Shown one piece after another: positions 1 to 8,539 of a stretch of DNA of 57,386 bases. The notes under the pieces are model-generated. The model saw nothing but the letters and a program-made list of their open reading frames with translations, did not search any database and had not been told where the DNA came from. This DNA comes from an uncultured Pseudomonadales bacterium (GTDB taxonomy: Bacteria; Pseudomonadota; Gammaproteobacteria; Pseudomonadales; JAUIET01). Within the stretch, counting starts at the first letter, position 1, and every line of letters begins with the position of its first letter. A program made the translations under genes and the position numbers. Location of the stretch: positions 1 through 57,386 of the forward strand of contig CAYGSL010000023.1 of assembly GCA_964352475.1 (NCBI GenBank). The letters run 5' to 3'.

Positions 1-208
1 CACGAGGCGTTTGCGGCCCAAAGCCCTGGCAGCTTTGCTCGCTCTGAGCATGATCATCGGCCAAAGTTGCAACCGCGAAAAGAGACGTCAGCGTGAACGC
101 AGCTAACACAAACCGCCATCTTTCGATCTGTACTGTTTCCATTGTTGCGGCCGCTGCAACGGCAGGCTGCTTGTTTTCGTTTCTATTGTATCCATAGTGT
201 TTGTGCAT
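1..208 (-). CDS. Delta-class carbonic anhydrase family protein, N-terminal part (runs off the window's left edge)
   Basis: Not in the ORF track. ATG at 208 with GGAGG RBS upstream; open frame to position 1: MHKHYG...RWRFVLAAFTLTSLFAVATLADDHAQSEQSCQGFGPQTPR(D). Signal-peptide-like stretch, then the C-x-GFGPQTPRD motif I recall from bacterial delta-CA (TWCA1-like) homologues. Alternative start at 142. Confidence 0.65.
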   Translation of the reverse strand, partial: MHKHYGYNRNENKQPAVAAAATMETVQIERWRFVLAAFTLTSLFAVATLADDHAQSEQSCQGFGPQTPR

Positions 209-449
209 CGTCTTCCTCCAAAAGCCTTTAGTGGTGTGTTGTTTTTTCTGCAGTAATTAGTTCGGTGACCAATGTTAAGTACGGTGAGTCTAAGTCATTG
301 GTTCACGTGATATTAGTCGATCTAAACTGATGATTGAATCGTTAACTGCGAATTGTTCGAACTACGCATTTGGCTAGACTTCTTAAAGCGGTTTTTCGCT
401 GGTACGAAAACTGTGCAACAGCAACATGATGCCTGTTTGGGAGAAGTCT

Positions 450-1598
450 ATGAATAGCTTGACCGTTGGAATTCTTGGGGCGGGTCAATTGGGCGCTTTC
501 TTGTGTGAAGCGGCGCGTAATCTGGGTTTGCAGACTGTCGTACTCGCGCAGAACCCGAAAGACCCGGCGGTAGCTTTGGCCGACCGCTGCGTTTTCGGCG
601 ATTTGTCCGACCCGGACGCCTTAAAGGAATTACGCCAAATAGCCGACGTCGTCACCTTTGAGCGCGAGGATATCGGCGCCGAAGTGTTGAGAGAGTTGGA
701 ATCTGCTGCGCAGCTTGATTCGTACAGGGTTGCGCCACGACCACATGTGCTTAGATTGCTGCAAGACAAGGCTAAACAAAAGCACTGGTTGGTGCAAAAT
801 GGTTTCCCTACGGCCGCATTTCTTGATGGAGATTTGTTTACACAAGAGCAAATGTTAAAGCAATTTGAATTGCCAATTGTGCAAAAAGCGAAACGCGGTG
901 GGTTTGACGGGCGTGGTGTGCAAATTCTTGACGCATCCAATCTCGATCAGTTTTGGCGTAGCGGAGCGATCGTAGAGCAATGTGTGCCCTATGCGAAAGA
1001 GCTGTCGACCCTGGTTGCCCGTGATGCCTCGGGCAATCTGGCTTTTTACCCGGTAATCGAAGCAATTGCCAAGCCAGGCGAGCAAGTGTTGGATTGCGCT
1101 CTGTCACCGGCAAGAATATCGAAGAGTCAGAGCGCGAAAGCCTTACGACTTGCCGCCAATATTGTCACAAAACTGCAGGGCGTTGGCGTATTCGCCATTG
1201 AAATGTTTCTGACACCCCAGGGAAATCTGCTGGTGAACGAGATATCGCCACGTGTACACAATACCGGACACTTGACCTTGCACGCATCGGAGACCTCACA
1301 ATTCGAGCAGCACTTACGCGCAATCTGTGGCTTGGGGCTAGGGTCTACCCAGCAATCTGTTGCTTCTCTCTGTAAGAATATTCTTTATGACGCTAACCAT
1401 AGCGATTTTGAAGACGGTCCATTTGCCTGTCATCAATTGGGGCAAGGTGTGTGGTTGCACTGGTATGGCAAAGAGCAGCTTACTCAAGGCCGGAAACTTG
1501 GACATATTAGCTGCACCGCCAAATCAGTAGACGAAGCTATTTCATTACTGGAAACCTATCAGTCCCCTGACAATTCTGACAAAGCGCAAGCTGCATGA
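450..1598 (+). CDS. purK: N5-carboxyaminoimidazole ribonucleotide synthase (ATP-grasp)
   Basis: GILGAGQLG, VVTFERE, RGGFDGRG, NEISPRVHNTGH, HWYGKE...GRKLGHI; ATG at 450 after GGAGA RBS; overlaps purE (ATGA). Confidence 0.92.
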   Translation: MNSLTVGILGAGQLGAFLCEAARNLGLQTVVLAQNPKDPAVALADRCVFGDLSDPDALKELRQIADVVTFEREDIGAEVLRELESAAQLDSYRVAPRPHVLRLLQDKAKQKHWLVQNGFPTAAFLDGDLFTQEQMLKQFELPIVQKAKRGGFDGRGVQILDASNLDQFWRSGAIVEQCVPYAKELSTLVARDASGNLAFYPVIEAIAKPGEQVLDCALSPARISKSQSAKALRLAANIVTKLQGVGVFAIEMFLTPQGNLLVNEISPRVHNTGHLTLHASETSQFEQHLRAICGLGLGSTQQSVASLCKNILYDANHSDFEDGPFACHQLGQGVWLHWYGKEQLTQGRKLGHISCTAKSVDEAISLLETYQSPDNSDKAQAA

Positions 1599-2092
1599 CT
1601 GCCATTGCACGCGTTGGCATTGTGATGGGCAGTGACTCTGATTTGCCGGTGATGCAAGCAGCTGCCGATGTGCTGGAAGAATTGAAGGTTAGTTGCACGG
1701 TCGATATTGTCAGCGCGCACCGCACTCCAGATCTACTCTACGATTACGCAAGCAGAGCGGAGGAGCGTGGTTATGAGGTGATCATTGCTGGCGCAGGCGG
1801 GGCCGCACATCTGCCTGGTATGCTGGCGTCAATCAGTTGCCTGCCTGTGATCGGCGTGCCAGTCAGTGCCACAAAACTGGAAGGGCAAGATGCCCTGTTA
1901 TCGATTGTGCAAATGCCCGCAGGTGTGCCGGTTGCTTGCGTAGCAATAGACAACGCGAAAAATGCGGGCATTCTCGCGGCACAGATGGTCAGCATTGCTG
2001 ACCCAGAAGTGCGTGAAAACCTGCGTGCTTTTAAACGCGCCTTGTCAGAGAGTGTTATGCAGAAGGCCGCCCGTATAAGCAGCGGTAAGTAA
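1595..2092 (+). CDS. purE: N5-CAIR mutase
   Basis: MGSDSD, SAHRTP, IIAGAGGAAHLPGM, PVIGVP, SIVQMPAGVPVA. Confidence 0.97.
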   Translation: MTAIARVGIVMGSDSDLPVMQAAADVLEELKVSCTVDIVSAHRTPDLLYDYASRAEERGYEVIIAGAGGAAHLPGMLASISCLPVIGVPVSATKLEGQDALLSIVQMPAGVPVACVAIDNAKNAGILAAQMVSIADPEVRENLRAFKRALSESVMQKAARISSGK

Positions 2093-2098
2093 CAGCGC

Positions 2099-3076
2099 GT
2101 GGATTCACTGTTTTTCAGTAATTTAACATCACCGCCGCTTCTATTCTTTTTGCTTGGCGTGTTCGCGGTTGCGATTCGTTCGGACCTGGATATACCTGAC
2201 CAGGTTGCGAAATTCCTGTCATTGTATCTACTGTTTGCGATTGGTTTTAAAGGCGGCGTTGCTATAGCCGAAAGCGAGCTTACTGTGCTTGTTGCTCGCG
2301 ACTTATTACTGGCGACCGCATTGTCTGCCGTCATTCCATTCTATGTTTACTATGCGGTGAAACGGCAGTTCGGATCGGCCAATGCTGCGGCCACGGCAGC
2401 CACCTATGGCTCAATCAGTGCTGTAACATTTGTTACGGCCATTAGCTATCTGGATGCAGGAGAAATCGAGTGGAGTGGCTATATGGTTGCCGCGATGGCC
2501 TTGATGGAATCACCTGCAATTATTGTAGGGTTGTTGTTGTACTACCGCAGTCAGTCCAGTGTGGACGAGAATAGTAGTGCAACTGTGGGCGAGATGGTCC
2601 ATGAGTCCTTGAGCAATGGTTCTGTCTTGTTGATAATCGGTAGCCTGGTGATTGGGTGGATATCCGGGCCCGCCGGCCTCGCTCAAGTCGACTTACTCGT
2701 CAAGGACCTGTTCATAGGCGTTTTGTGCCTGTTTCTACTTGATATGGGTATTGTTGCCGCCAGAAGACTGCAAGATCTGGGTAGCGCGGAAGTAAACATC
2801 TCTAAGCTGCTTTTCTGGGGTCTATTGTTACCTCTGGTCAATGCCGTTGTCGCATTAATGCTGGTTGTTGGATTCAGCCTTACTGAAGGCAATGCTCTTC
2901 TACTGGTTGTTCTGGCCGCGAGTGGCTCCTACATCGCGGTGCCAGCTGCAATGAGACTTGCTTTGCCGCAGGCTAGCCCCAGTGTTTACTTACCAATGTC
3001 GCTGGCGATCAGCTTTCCATTCAATCTGGTCATAGGAATACCACTGTATCATCAGCTCATAAACTGGCTTGCCTAG
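2099..3076 (+). CDS. sbtA: Sodium-dependent bicarbonate transporter family permease (short SbtA form)
   Basis: NLTSPPLLFFLLG, YLLFAIGFKGG, YGSISAVTF, MESPAII, SYIAVPA, FPFN..IGIPLY; about 10 TM; followed by a PII-like gene. Confidence 0.9.
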   Translation: MDSLFFSNLTSPPLLFFLLGVFAVAIRSDLDIPDQVAKFLSLYLLFAIGFKGGVAIAESELTVLVARDLLLATALSAVIPFYVYYAVKRQFGSANAAATAATYGSISAVTFVTAISYLDAGEIEWSGYMVAAMALMESPAIIVGLLLYYRSQSSVDENSSATVGEMVHESLSNGSVLLIIGSLVIGWISGPAGLAQVDLLVKDLFIGVLCLFLLDMGIVAARRLQDLGSAEVNISKLLFWGLLLPLVNAVVALMLVVGFSLTEGNALLLVVLAASGSYIAVPAAMRLALPQASPSVYLPMSLAISFPFNLVIGIPLYHQLINWLA

Positions 3077-3091
3077 AGAGGTTGCCACTGT

Positions 3092-3388
3092 ATGAAACCA
3101 TGTAAGCGTATTGAAATTGTTATAGAACACCCTCTAGCGCCAAGACTTGCCAAATTGCTGGTAAAACTAGGTGCGCCTGGTTACACAATGATTGATGGTG
3201 CGAGCGGTTGTGGTGACCGTGGCACGCGACGGGCGGATGAGATTACTGGTATCTCCAGCAACAGCGTTTTTATTATTGCCTGTGATGATGCTGAGCTTAT
3301 CGATGCAATTGTAGAGGGAATTAGGCCAATATTGTCCATATCCGGTGGCATGTGCTTAATCTCCGATGCACAATGGGTAAGGCACTGA
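3092..3388 (+). CDS. sbtB: PII-like regulator of SbtA
   Basis: 98 aa, KRIEIVIE...GYT...SGCGDRG PII-like pattern; directly downstream of sbtA; GAGG RBS. Confidence 0.85.
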   Translation: MKPCKRIEIVIEHPLAPRLAKLLVKLGAPGYTMIDGASGCGDRGTRRADEITGISSNSVFIIACDDAELIDAIVEGIRPILSISGGMCLISDAQWVRH

Positions 3389-3419
3389 GGCCGATCAGTT
3401 AAGGTTAAGCAACACACCT

Positions 3420-4631
3420 ATGCAAAATGAAACGACAAGCAACGACACGAATCAGCCACTATTAGCCGCGGTCAGAGAGTTCATGCGCATGGAGTCTACT
3501 GGCGGTGTACTGCTGTTATGCGCCGCTGTACTGGCGATGATTGCTGCCAATACTTCCCTGTCTGCTTATTACGACTCTTTGCTCGACACCTTGGTCGCAG
3601 TCACCGTCGGTGATTTTGCTATTTCCAAGCCTTTGCTACTGTGGATCAATGACGGTCTTATGGCCATCTTCTTCTTCCTGATTGGTTTGGAAATCAAGCG
3701 CGAGGTAATGGAAGGGGAGTTGTCATCGCCTTCGCAGATAATTCTGCCGGGCTTTGGCGCACTTGGTGGCATGTTGGTGCCCGCTGGTATCTATGCATGG
3801 CTCAATTGGAATGACCCAATTGCGCTAGATGGCTGGGCGATACCTGTTGCAACCGACATCGCTTTCGCTCTCGGCCTGTTAAGCGTTTTTGGTCGCAGGG
3901 TTCCAACGTCGCTGAAAGTATTCTTGCTGACGCTGGCAATCTTTGATGATCTCGCCGCCATTATCATTATCGCAATTTTCTATTCGGCGGATATTTCTCT
4001 CACCGCACTTACGATTGGTAGCATTGCATTAGCGGTGGCTGTGATTATGAACAGAACCGGCGTTACTCGCACATCCAGCTACATTTTTGTTGGCCTCATC
4101 CTTTGGGTGGCAGTGCTTAAGTCTGGTGTGCATGCAACCCTGGCCGGCGTTTTGATTGCGTTTTGTATTCCCATGCGCGATGAGAAAGGTCATTCACCTC
4201 TGCAAGATTTGGAACACAATCTTCACGGGCCAGTGGCGTTCGCAATACTGCCGATTTTTGCATTTGCTAACGCAGGTCTCGCCTTGGGTACCATGTCGAT
4301 GGATGATTTATTTCATCCAGTCACCTTGGGTATCACCAGTGGGCTGCTGTTGGGCAAACCAATAGGCATTCTGGCGTTTGTTGGTCTTGCAGTAGCGCTT
4401 AAGTTGGTTGCTCTGCCAAAGGATGTGAGCTGGGCTCAGTTGTTGGGAGTTTCCGCGGCGTGTGGTATCGGTTTCACCATGAGTCTGTTTATTGCCAGTT
4501 TGGCTTTCGAGCATGGCAGTGGCGCATATTTCCAGGGCGATCGCCTGGGTATTTTGTTAGGCTCAATTCTATCAGCAATGCTTGCATATCTGGTGCTGCA
4601 ATCCAGTTTGCCAAAAGAAGATAGTGCGTAA
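3420..4631 (+). CDS. nhaA: Na+/H+ antiporter NhaA
   Basis: WINDGLMAIFFFLIGLEIKRE, GWAIPVATDIAFALG, LAIFDDL, SGVHATLAG, GIGFTMSLFI. Confidence 0.96.
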   Translation: MQNETTSNDTNQPLLAAVREFMRMESTGGVLLLCAAVLAMIAANTSLSAYYDSLLDTLVAVTVGDFAISKPLLLWINDGLMAIFFFLIGLEIKREVMEGELSSPSQIILPGFGALGGMLVPAGIYAWLNWNDPIALDGWAIPVATDIAFALGLLSVFGRRVPTSLKVFLLTLAIFDDLAAIIIIAIFYSADISLTALTIGSIALAVAVIMNRTGVTRTSSYIFVGLILWVAVLKSGVHATLAGVLIAFCIPMRDEKGHSPLQDLEHNLHGPVAFAILPIFAFANAGLALGTMSMDDLFHPVTLGITSGLLLGKPIGILAFVGLAVALKLVALPKDVSWAQLLGVSAACGIGFTMSLFIASLAFEHGSGAYFQGDRLGILLGSILSAMLAYLVLQSSLPKEDSA

Positions 4632-4633
4632 GT

Positions 4634-5035
4634 CTATGTGTCAGTTCGACACATATCGGCCATAGGTTTGAAAGCGTCCATAAGTGCTCGTTGCCAGTGC
4701 GGGTCCAAATCACTTTGATCCAAAGCGTGTTGCATACACATTAACCATTGGTCACGTTCTGCGTCGCCAATTGCGAACGATGAGTGTGCAGCGGGTATCA
4801 CTACTGAACCGAACTTTTCCTGGTAGCGTCGCGGGCCGCCCATCCAGCCGATAAGAAACGTTGCCAGCTTGTCTATCATGGGCTCCAGGTCGCCTTTATG
4901 CATTTCGCGTATGGGCTTGCACTCCGGTAGTTCATCCATTTTTTGGTAAAACACTCTGACCATCTGACGCACCGCAGCTTCGCTGCCAAATGCTTCAAAC
5001 GGAGTAGCCGCATCTGATGTTGAAGCTGCGGTCAT
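4634..5035 (-). CDS. glbO: Group II truncated haemoglobin (trHbO-like)
   Basis: VRVFYQKM, FLIGWMGGP.RY, proximal His in PAAHSSFAI, ERDQWL.CM; last gene of the kshA operon. Confidence 0.85.
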   Translation of the reverse strand: MTAASTSDAATPFEAFGSEAAVRQMVRVFYQKMDELPECKPIREMHKGDLEPMIDKLATFLIGWMGGPRRYQEKFGSVVIPAAHSSFAIGDAERDQWLMCMQHALDQSDLDPHWQRALMDAFKPMADMCRTDT

Positions 5036-5078
5036 TGCGACAAGTTGCCCGATGACAACACTGAGCTACAATCCGCAA

Positions 5079-6293
5079 TCACAGGAACGTATCATCGTTT
5101 TCCAGGCCCATCATCGTCCTACCCAGATTCCGACCAATCTTTCCAATGTTGTTTGCAACATGGTTTCTACCGGCATTGATATCCAGCCAGGCACGATTGA
5201 TGGGGTGGTCGCGATAAATACCTTGCGCACCTGAGAACACGTAGAGTTCGTTCACTGCTTCAGCGCAGCGAGGTGCCACCTGGGCAGCGTCGAAACGCAT
5301 CTTTAAACGTTGATCCAGGTCTACTTGCTTACCCGAGGCGGCGTGCTCCAGCATAATGTCGAAATTCTTGTACATTATGGTTTTACATTCGTCGATAGTG
5401 GCTCTGGCGCGAGCAACTGATAACTGCGCCCCAGGGTCTAACGAAACATTCTTGCCGTCATTCAAACCAACTCGGTCTCGATTAATTTTTACAAAAGCGT
5501 CCAGCGCGCTTTGCAAAGCCCCGATTGAGGAGGAGCTTACGGCGCGCACAAAAATCTGACCAAATGGTATGTGATATAAAGGCGCAGAGTTCAGTGCATT
5601 CCCAGGACTCTGGCAGGCAAACCCGTCCAGCGCACGGTGTGTGCGGTGTTCCGGCACGAATTTGTTCTCAACCACAATATCATTACTTCCGGTACCCTCC
5701 AGACCGCTCACGTTCCAGTTATCAACAATGGTGTAATCGCTGCGCGGGACCAGGAATGTGCGATAGTCTGGCGCTTCCCCAGGTTCGCCTCGAGGCACCA
5801 TGGCGCCCAGGAAAACCCAGTCACAATGTTTGGAGCCGCTGGAAAAACTCCAGTGTCCCGACAATTGATAGCCGCCGTCTGTGGGTACTACTTTGCCTAC
5901 CGGCATATACGATGACGAGACTAATGTGCTGGCATCCTTGCCCCAAACGTCTCTTTGCGCCTGCTCCGGGTACAGTGCTAATTGCCAATTGTGAATGGCA
6001 ACCACACCCAGCACCCAGGCCGCTGACATGCAACCTTCTGCCAGTTTGATTTGCACGTCAAAAAAATCTTTTGGTGCTAACTCAAGGCCGCCATGGCGTA
6101 GTGGTTGCAGAATTTTGAAAAAACCAGCGGCTTGCATTTCGTCGATGGTTAGTTGTGGCAGTTTGCCCAATCGCGCTGTCTCTTGTGCTCTTGAGCGCAG
6201 AGCAGGAACCATAGCTTCCGCACTTGCAAGCAGTTTGTTGCGCATGTCGTCTCGGCTATAGGTTGTTTCAGTAGTGTGAAGTGCTTGGGCCAT
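5079..6293 (-). CDS. hsaA: Flavin-dependent monooxygenase oxygenase component, HsaA/TesA1-like (3-hydroxy-9,10-seco-steroid 4-hydroxylase)
   Basis: Acyl-CoA-dehydrogenase fold: WVLGVVAIHNWQLAL, VWG.D...VSSSYMP, GHWSFSSG..HCDW, GLEGTGSND; ATG at 6293 with AGGAG RBS. Confidence 0.82.
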   Translation of the reverse strand: MAQALHTTETTYSRDDMRNKLLASAEAMVPALRSRAQETARLGKLPQLTIDEMQAAGFFKILQPLRHGGLELAPKDFFDVQIKLAEGCMSAAWVLGVVAIHNWQLALYPEQAQRDVWGKDASTLVSSSYMPVGKVVPTDGGYQLSGHWSFSSGSKHCDWVFLGAMVPRGEPGEAPDYRTFLVPRSDYTIVDNWNVSGLEGTGSNDIVVENKFVPEHRTHRALDGFACQSPGNALNSAPLYHIPFGQIFVRAVSSSSIGALQSALDAFVKINRDRVGLNDGKNVSLDPGAQLSVARARATIDECKTIMYKNFDIMLEHAASGKQVDLDQRLKMRFDAAQVAPRCAEAVNELYVFSGAQGIYRDHPINRAWLDINAGRNHVANNIGKIGRNLGRTMMGLENDDTFL

Positions 6294-6339
6294 GATAGGT
6301 GCTCCTGGTAGCAATGAGTCAGTAGATTAGGGATTCGTA

Positions 6340-7248
6340 TCAGGTACCCCAATAGTGTCCCCAGACGCTGGGTTTCGCACTGCGAGTAGGGGTGAATGAT
6401 GCCCAATCACACTGCAGGCCGCCGAAGCCGATTTCTATCGCAAATCCTGAAGGAGATTCCACGTAAGTGGATACCATTTGGTCGTTGGTGTGGCGCCCCA
6501 GCGGCGTTACAACCTTTACTTCGTTTTGCCTGATGCGATCCATCATTAACCCCAATTCATCCATGTCAGCGACCTCGACCATCAGATGCACCAGATTGCC
6601 ATCGGCCGGTTGATCACTTTCAAACAGGGCGATGCTGTGATGACGCGGATTGTTGCAGTGCAAAAAGCGCAAGCCCTGGCCCGGGTGGTTGGCGTCGTCC
6701 GGATTGAAGTAGAAATGCATGTAGTCTGTGAGTCCAAAACCAAGAACCGATACGAAAAAATCGTGACTCACCTGCAAGTCGGGCGTTGCCACCGCTATGT
6801 GGCCCAAACCCATATCTCCAAACCGGCCAGTGACAAATTCCTTAACACCTACAGGTGACTGAAGCGGTTGATAGTCAAGCATGGGGGTATGGCACAATTC
6901 GAGTTCAATACCACCTGGTGCTTGTAAGCTGACAAAGTCATCAACCTGGCGCAGGTTCGCTTCGGTCTTTGAGCCCTGAGTAAAATCGATGCCCTTTTCT
7001 GTGAGTTCGATTAGCGCATGCTTGAAATCGTTTTCGTCTTGTAACTGCCAACCGGCGAGCTTAAAGCGGTTTTCCGAACTTTCAGCGATAATAAAGCGGC
7101 AGGCGAAGTCATCCATTCTAATGAACTTGAAACCAGGTTGGTCAGATCGTTCGAATACCGGCATGCCCAGAACGTTTTGCGCAAACCGCTGCCAATTTTC
7201 AAGATCAGTTGTTTCAATGACAACGTAAGCCAGTGATCGTACGTCCAT
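6340..7248 (-). CDS. hsaC: Type I extradiol dioxygenase, HsaC/TesB/BphC family
   Basis: MDVRSLAYVVIE start, GLGHI, HCNNPRHHS, HLMVEV, LGRHTNDQMVSTY..PSGFAIE (Fe ligands His, His, Glu). Confidence 0.85.
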   Translation of the reverse strand: MDVRSLAYVVIETTDLENWQRFAQNVLGMPVFERSDQPGFKFIRMDDFACRFIIAESSENRFKLAGWQLQDENDFKHALIELTEKGIDFTQGSKTEANLRQVDDFVSLQAPGGIELELCHTPMLDYQPLQSPVGVKEFVTGRFGDMGLGHIAVATPDLQVSHDFFVSVLGFGLTDYMHFYFNPDDANHPGQGLRFLHCNNPRHHSIALFESDQPADGNLVHLMVEVADMDELGLMMDRIRQNEVKVVTPLGRHTNDQMVSTYVESPSGFAIEIGFGGLQCDWASFTPTRSAKPSVWGHYWGT

Positions 7249-7254
7249 GTAAAA

Positions 7255-8316
7255 CTATCCTAAGGTCACATGCTCTTTGCGTTTTTGCAATTGTGCTGGG
7301 ATATCAGCAACATCCATATAAAACTGGCTATACCATTTGCGTACCAGGTTTATCGGGCCATCGCCGTCACACAAAACCGGATTGTCAACACGTACCTTGT
7401 TGTTCCAGATTTCAACATCCTGAATAAAGGAATCTATATTCATTTGAGTATTTTCTTCTACTCTTTGTTGATTTTCCTCTTCAGACAGCCGAGGATCTTT
7501 GCGCATCATCACACCGAAACGTATATCAAAAGAATCTAATGTTACCGGCGTATGACTAACCAGAAGGTGAACCTTGGTATCTTCCCCATCCATACTGCCA
7601 GTCATGGTTGTTGTCATGTAGGCGGGGCCTTCGTATGTTGCGACACTGGTCATCGGTGTGTCACCCTCGGTCAGGATTTCATGCCCGCCTTCCATGAACT
7701 GCGTGAAGGTATGACCATCGAGCAAATTACTAAACTTGGCCACCTTGGAGTAATGCACTGGGCCAAAATGCCCCATATCAGCCATGTTATCCACCAGCTC
7801 CCGGCAGTTGCTGTCGATGCGAATGGTGGTCATTGTCCAATCTGTCCATTCCTCGGAATGCCAATCGTCATTGCGTCGTGGTTCCTGCTCAGCGATTGAT
7901 GGTTTGCGCTCATGGTCATGCCATACAAACACCAGTCCGTTTTTTTCCAGAACTTCCCAGCCGCGAATCTTCGCCTTGTCCGGAATTTTATTGGCATAGG
8001 GTATGTCGGTGCATTCGCCATCGCCATTCCATGACCAGGCATGGAACGGGCAAACAATGTCATTGCCGTGCACGCAGCCCTTACTCAAGTCAGCACCCAT
8101 GTGCGGGCAGTAAGCGTTTATAGCGTGAACGGTATTGTCTTCTGCACCGCGCCAGACGGCAATTCGTGTGCCGAAGCACTCAATCATTTTGGGTTTCGTG
8201 CTGAAGTCATGCTGCGAGCCAATAACGTGCCAACCGCGCGCGTATCTGTCTTCAACTTCCGACGCGATAATGATGTGTTCCTTACTCAGGTTCTTCAGTT
8301 TTTGCTCGGCGGTCAT
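7255..8316 (-). CDS. kshA: 3-ketosteroid 9-alpha-hydroxylase oxygenase subunit (Rieske)
   Basis: RYARGWH, Rieske CPHMG...CPFHAW, NCRELVDNMADMGHFGPVH, DVEIW.NK...NPVLCDGDGP. Confidence 0.87.
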   Translation of the reverse strand: MTAEQKLKNLSKEHIIIASEVEDRYARGWHVIGSQHDFSTKPKMIECFGTRIAVWRGAEDNTVHAINAYCPHMGADLSKGCVHGNDIVCPFHAWSWNGDGECTDIPYANKIPDKAKIRGWEVLEKNGLVFVWHDHERKPSIAEQEPRRNDDWHSEEWTDWTMTTIRIDSNCRELVDNMADMGHFGPVHYSKVAKFSNLLDGHTFTQFMEGGHEILTEGDTPMTSVATYEGPAYMTTTMTGSMDGEDTKVHLLVSHTPVTLDSFDIRFGVMMRKDPRLSEEENQQRVEENTQMNIDSFIQDVEIWNNKVRVDNPVLCDGDGPINLVRKWYSQFYMDVADIPAQLQKRKEHVTLG

Positions 8317-8376
8317 TAGGTTTCTCTGTCAGCGTTAAGGTTGCAAATAGCTTAGTAAGTACCCATCTATTTGAAA

Positions 8377-8390
8377 TTGATCTAGATCAA
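8377..8390 (-). promoter_or_regulatory. FNR box upstream of the kshA operon
   Basis: Perfect TTGAT-CTAG-ATCAA; -10-like TAAGCT on the minus strand (8354-8349) 22 nt away, i.e. class II (-41.5) geometry. Confidence 0.8.
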
Positions 8391-8464
8391 CCGGGCAGGT
8401 TTGTGAACTTTCCTACATCCAATCTCAAATGCCGGCAGCGTATGCACTGCCTGTCGCCACTCAG

Positions 8465-8478
8465 TTGATCCATGTCAA
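8465..8478 (+). promoter_or_regulatory. FNR box upstream of hemN
   Basis: TTGAT-CCAT-GTCAA; TAGTCT at 8501-8506, 22 nt downstream. Confidence 0.8.
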
Positions 8479-8539
8479 TGTCGAACGGAGCATCTGCGCC
8501 TAGTCTTTAATCCTGACAAATTCGCTGGGTTCCAAAAAT

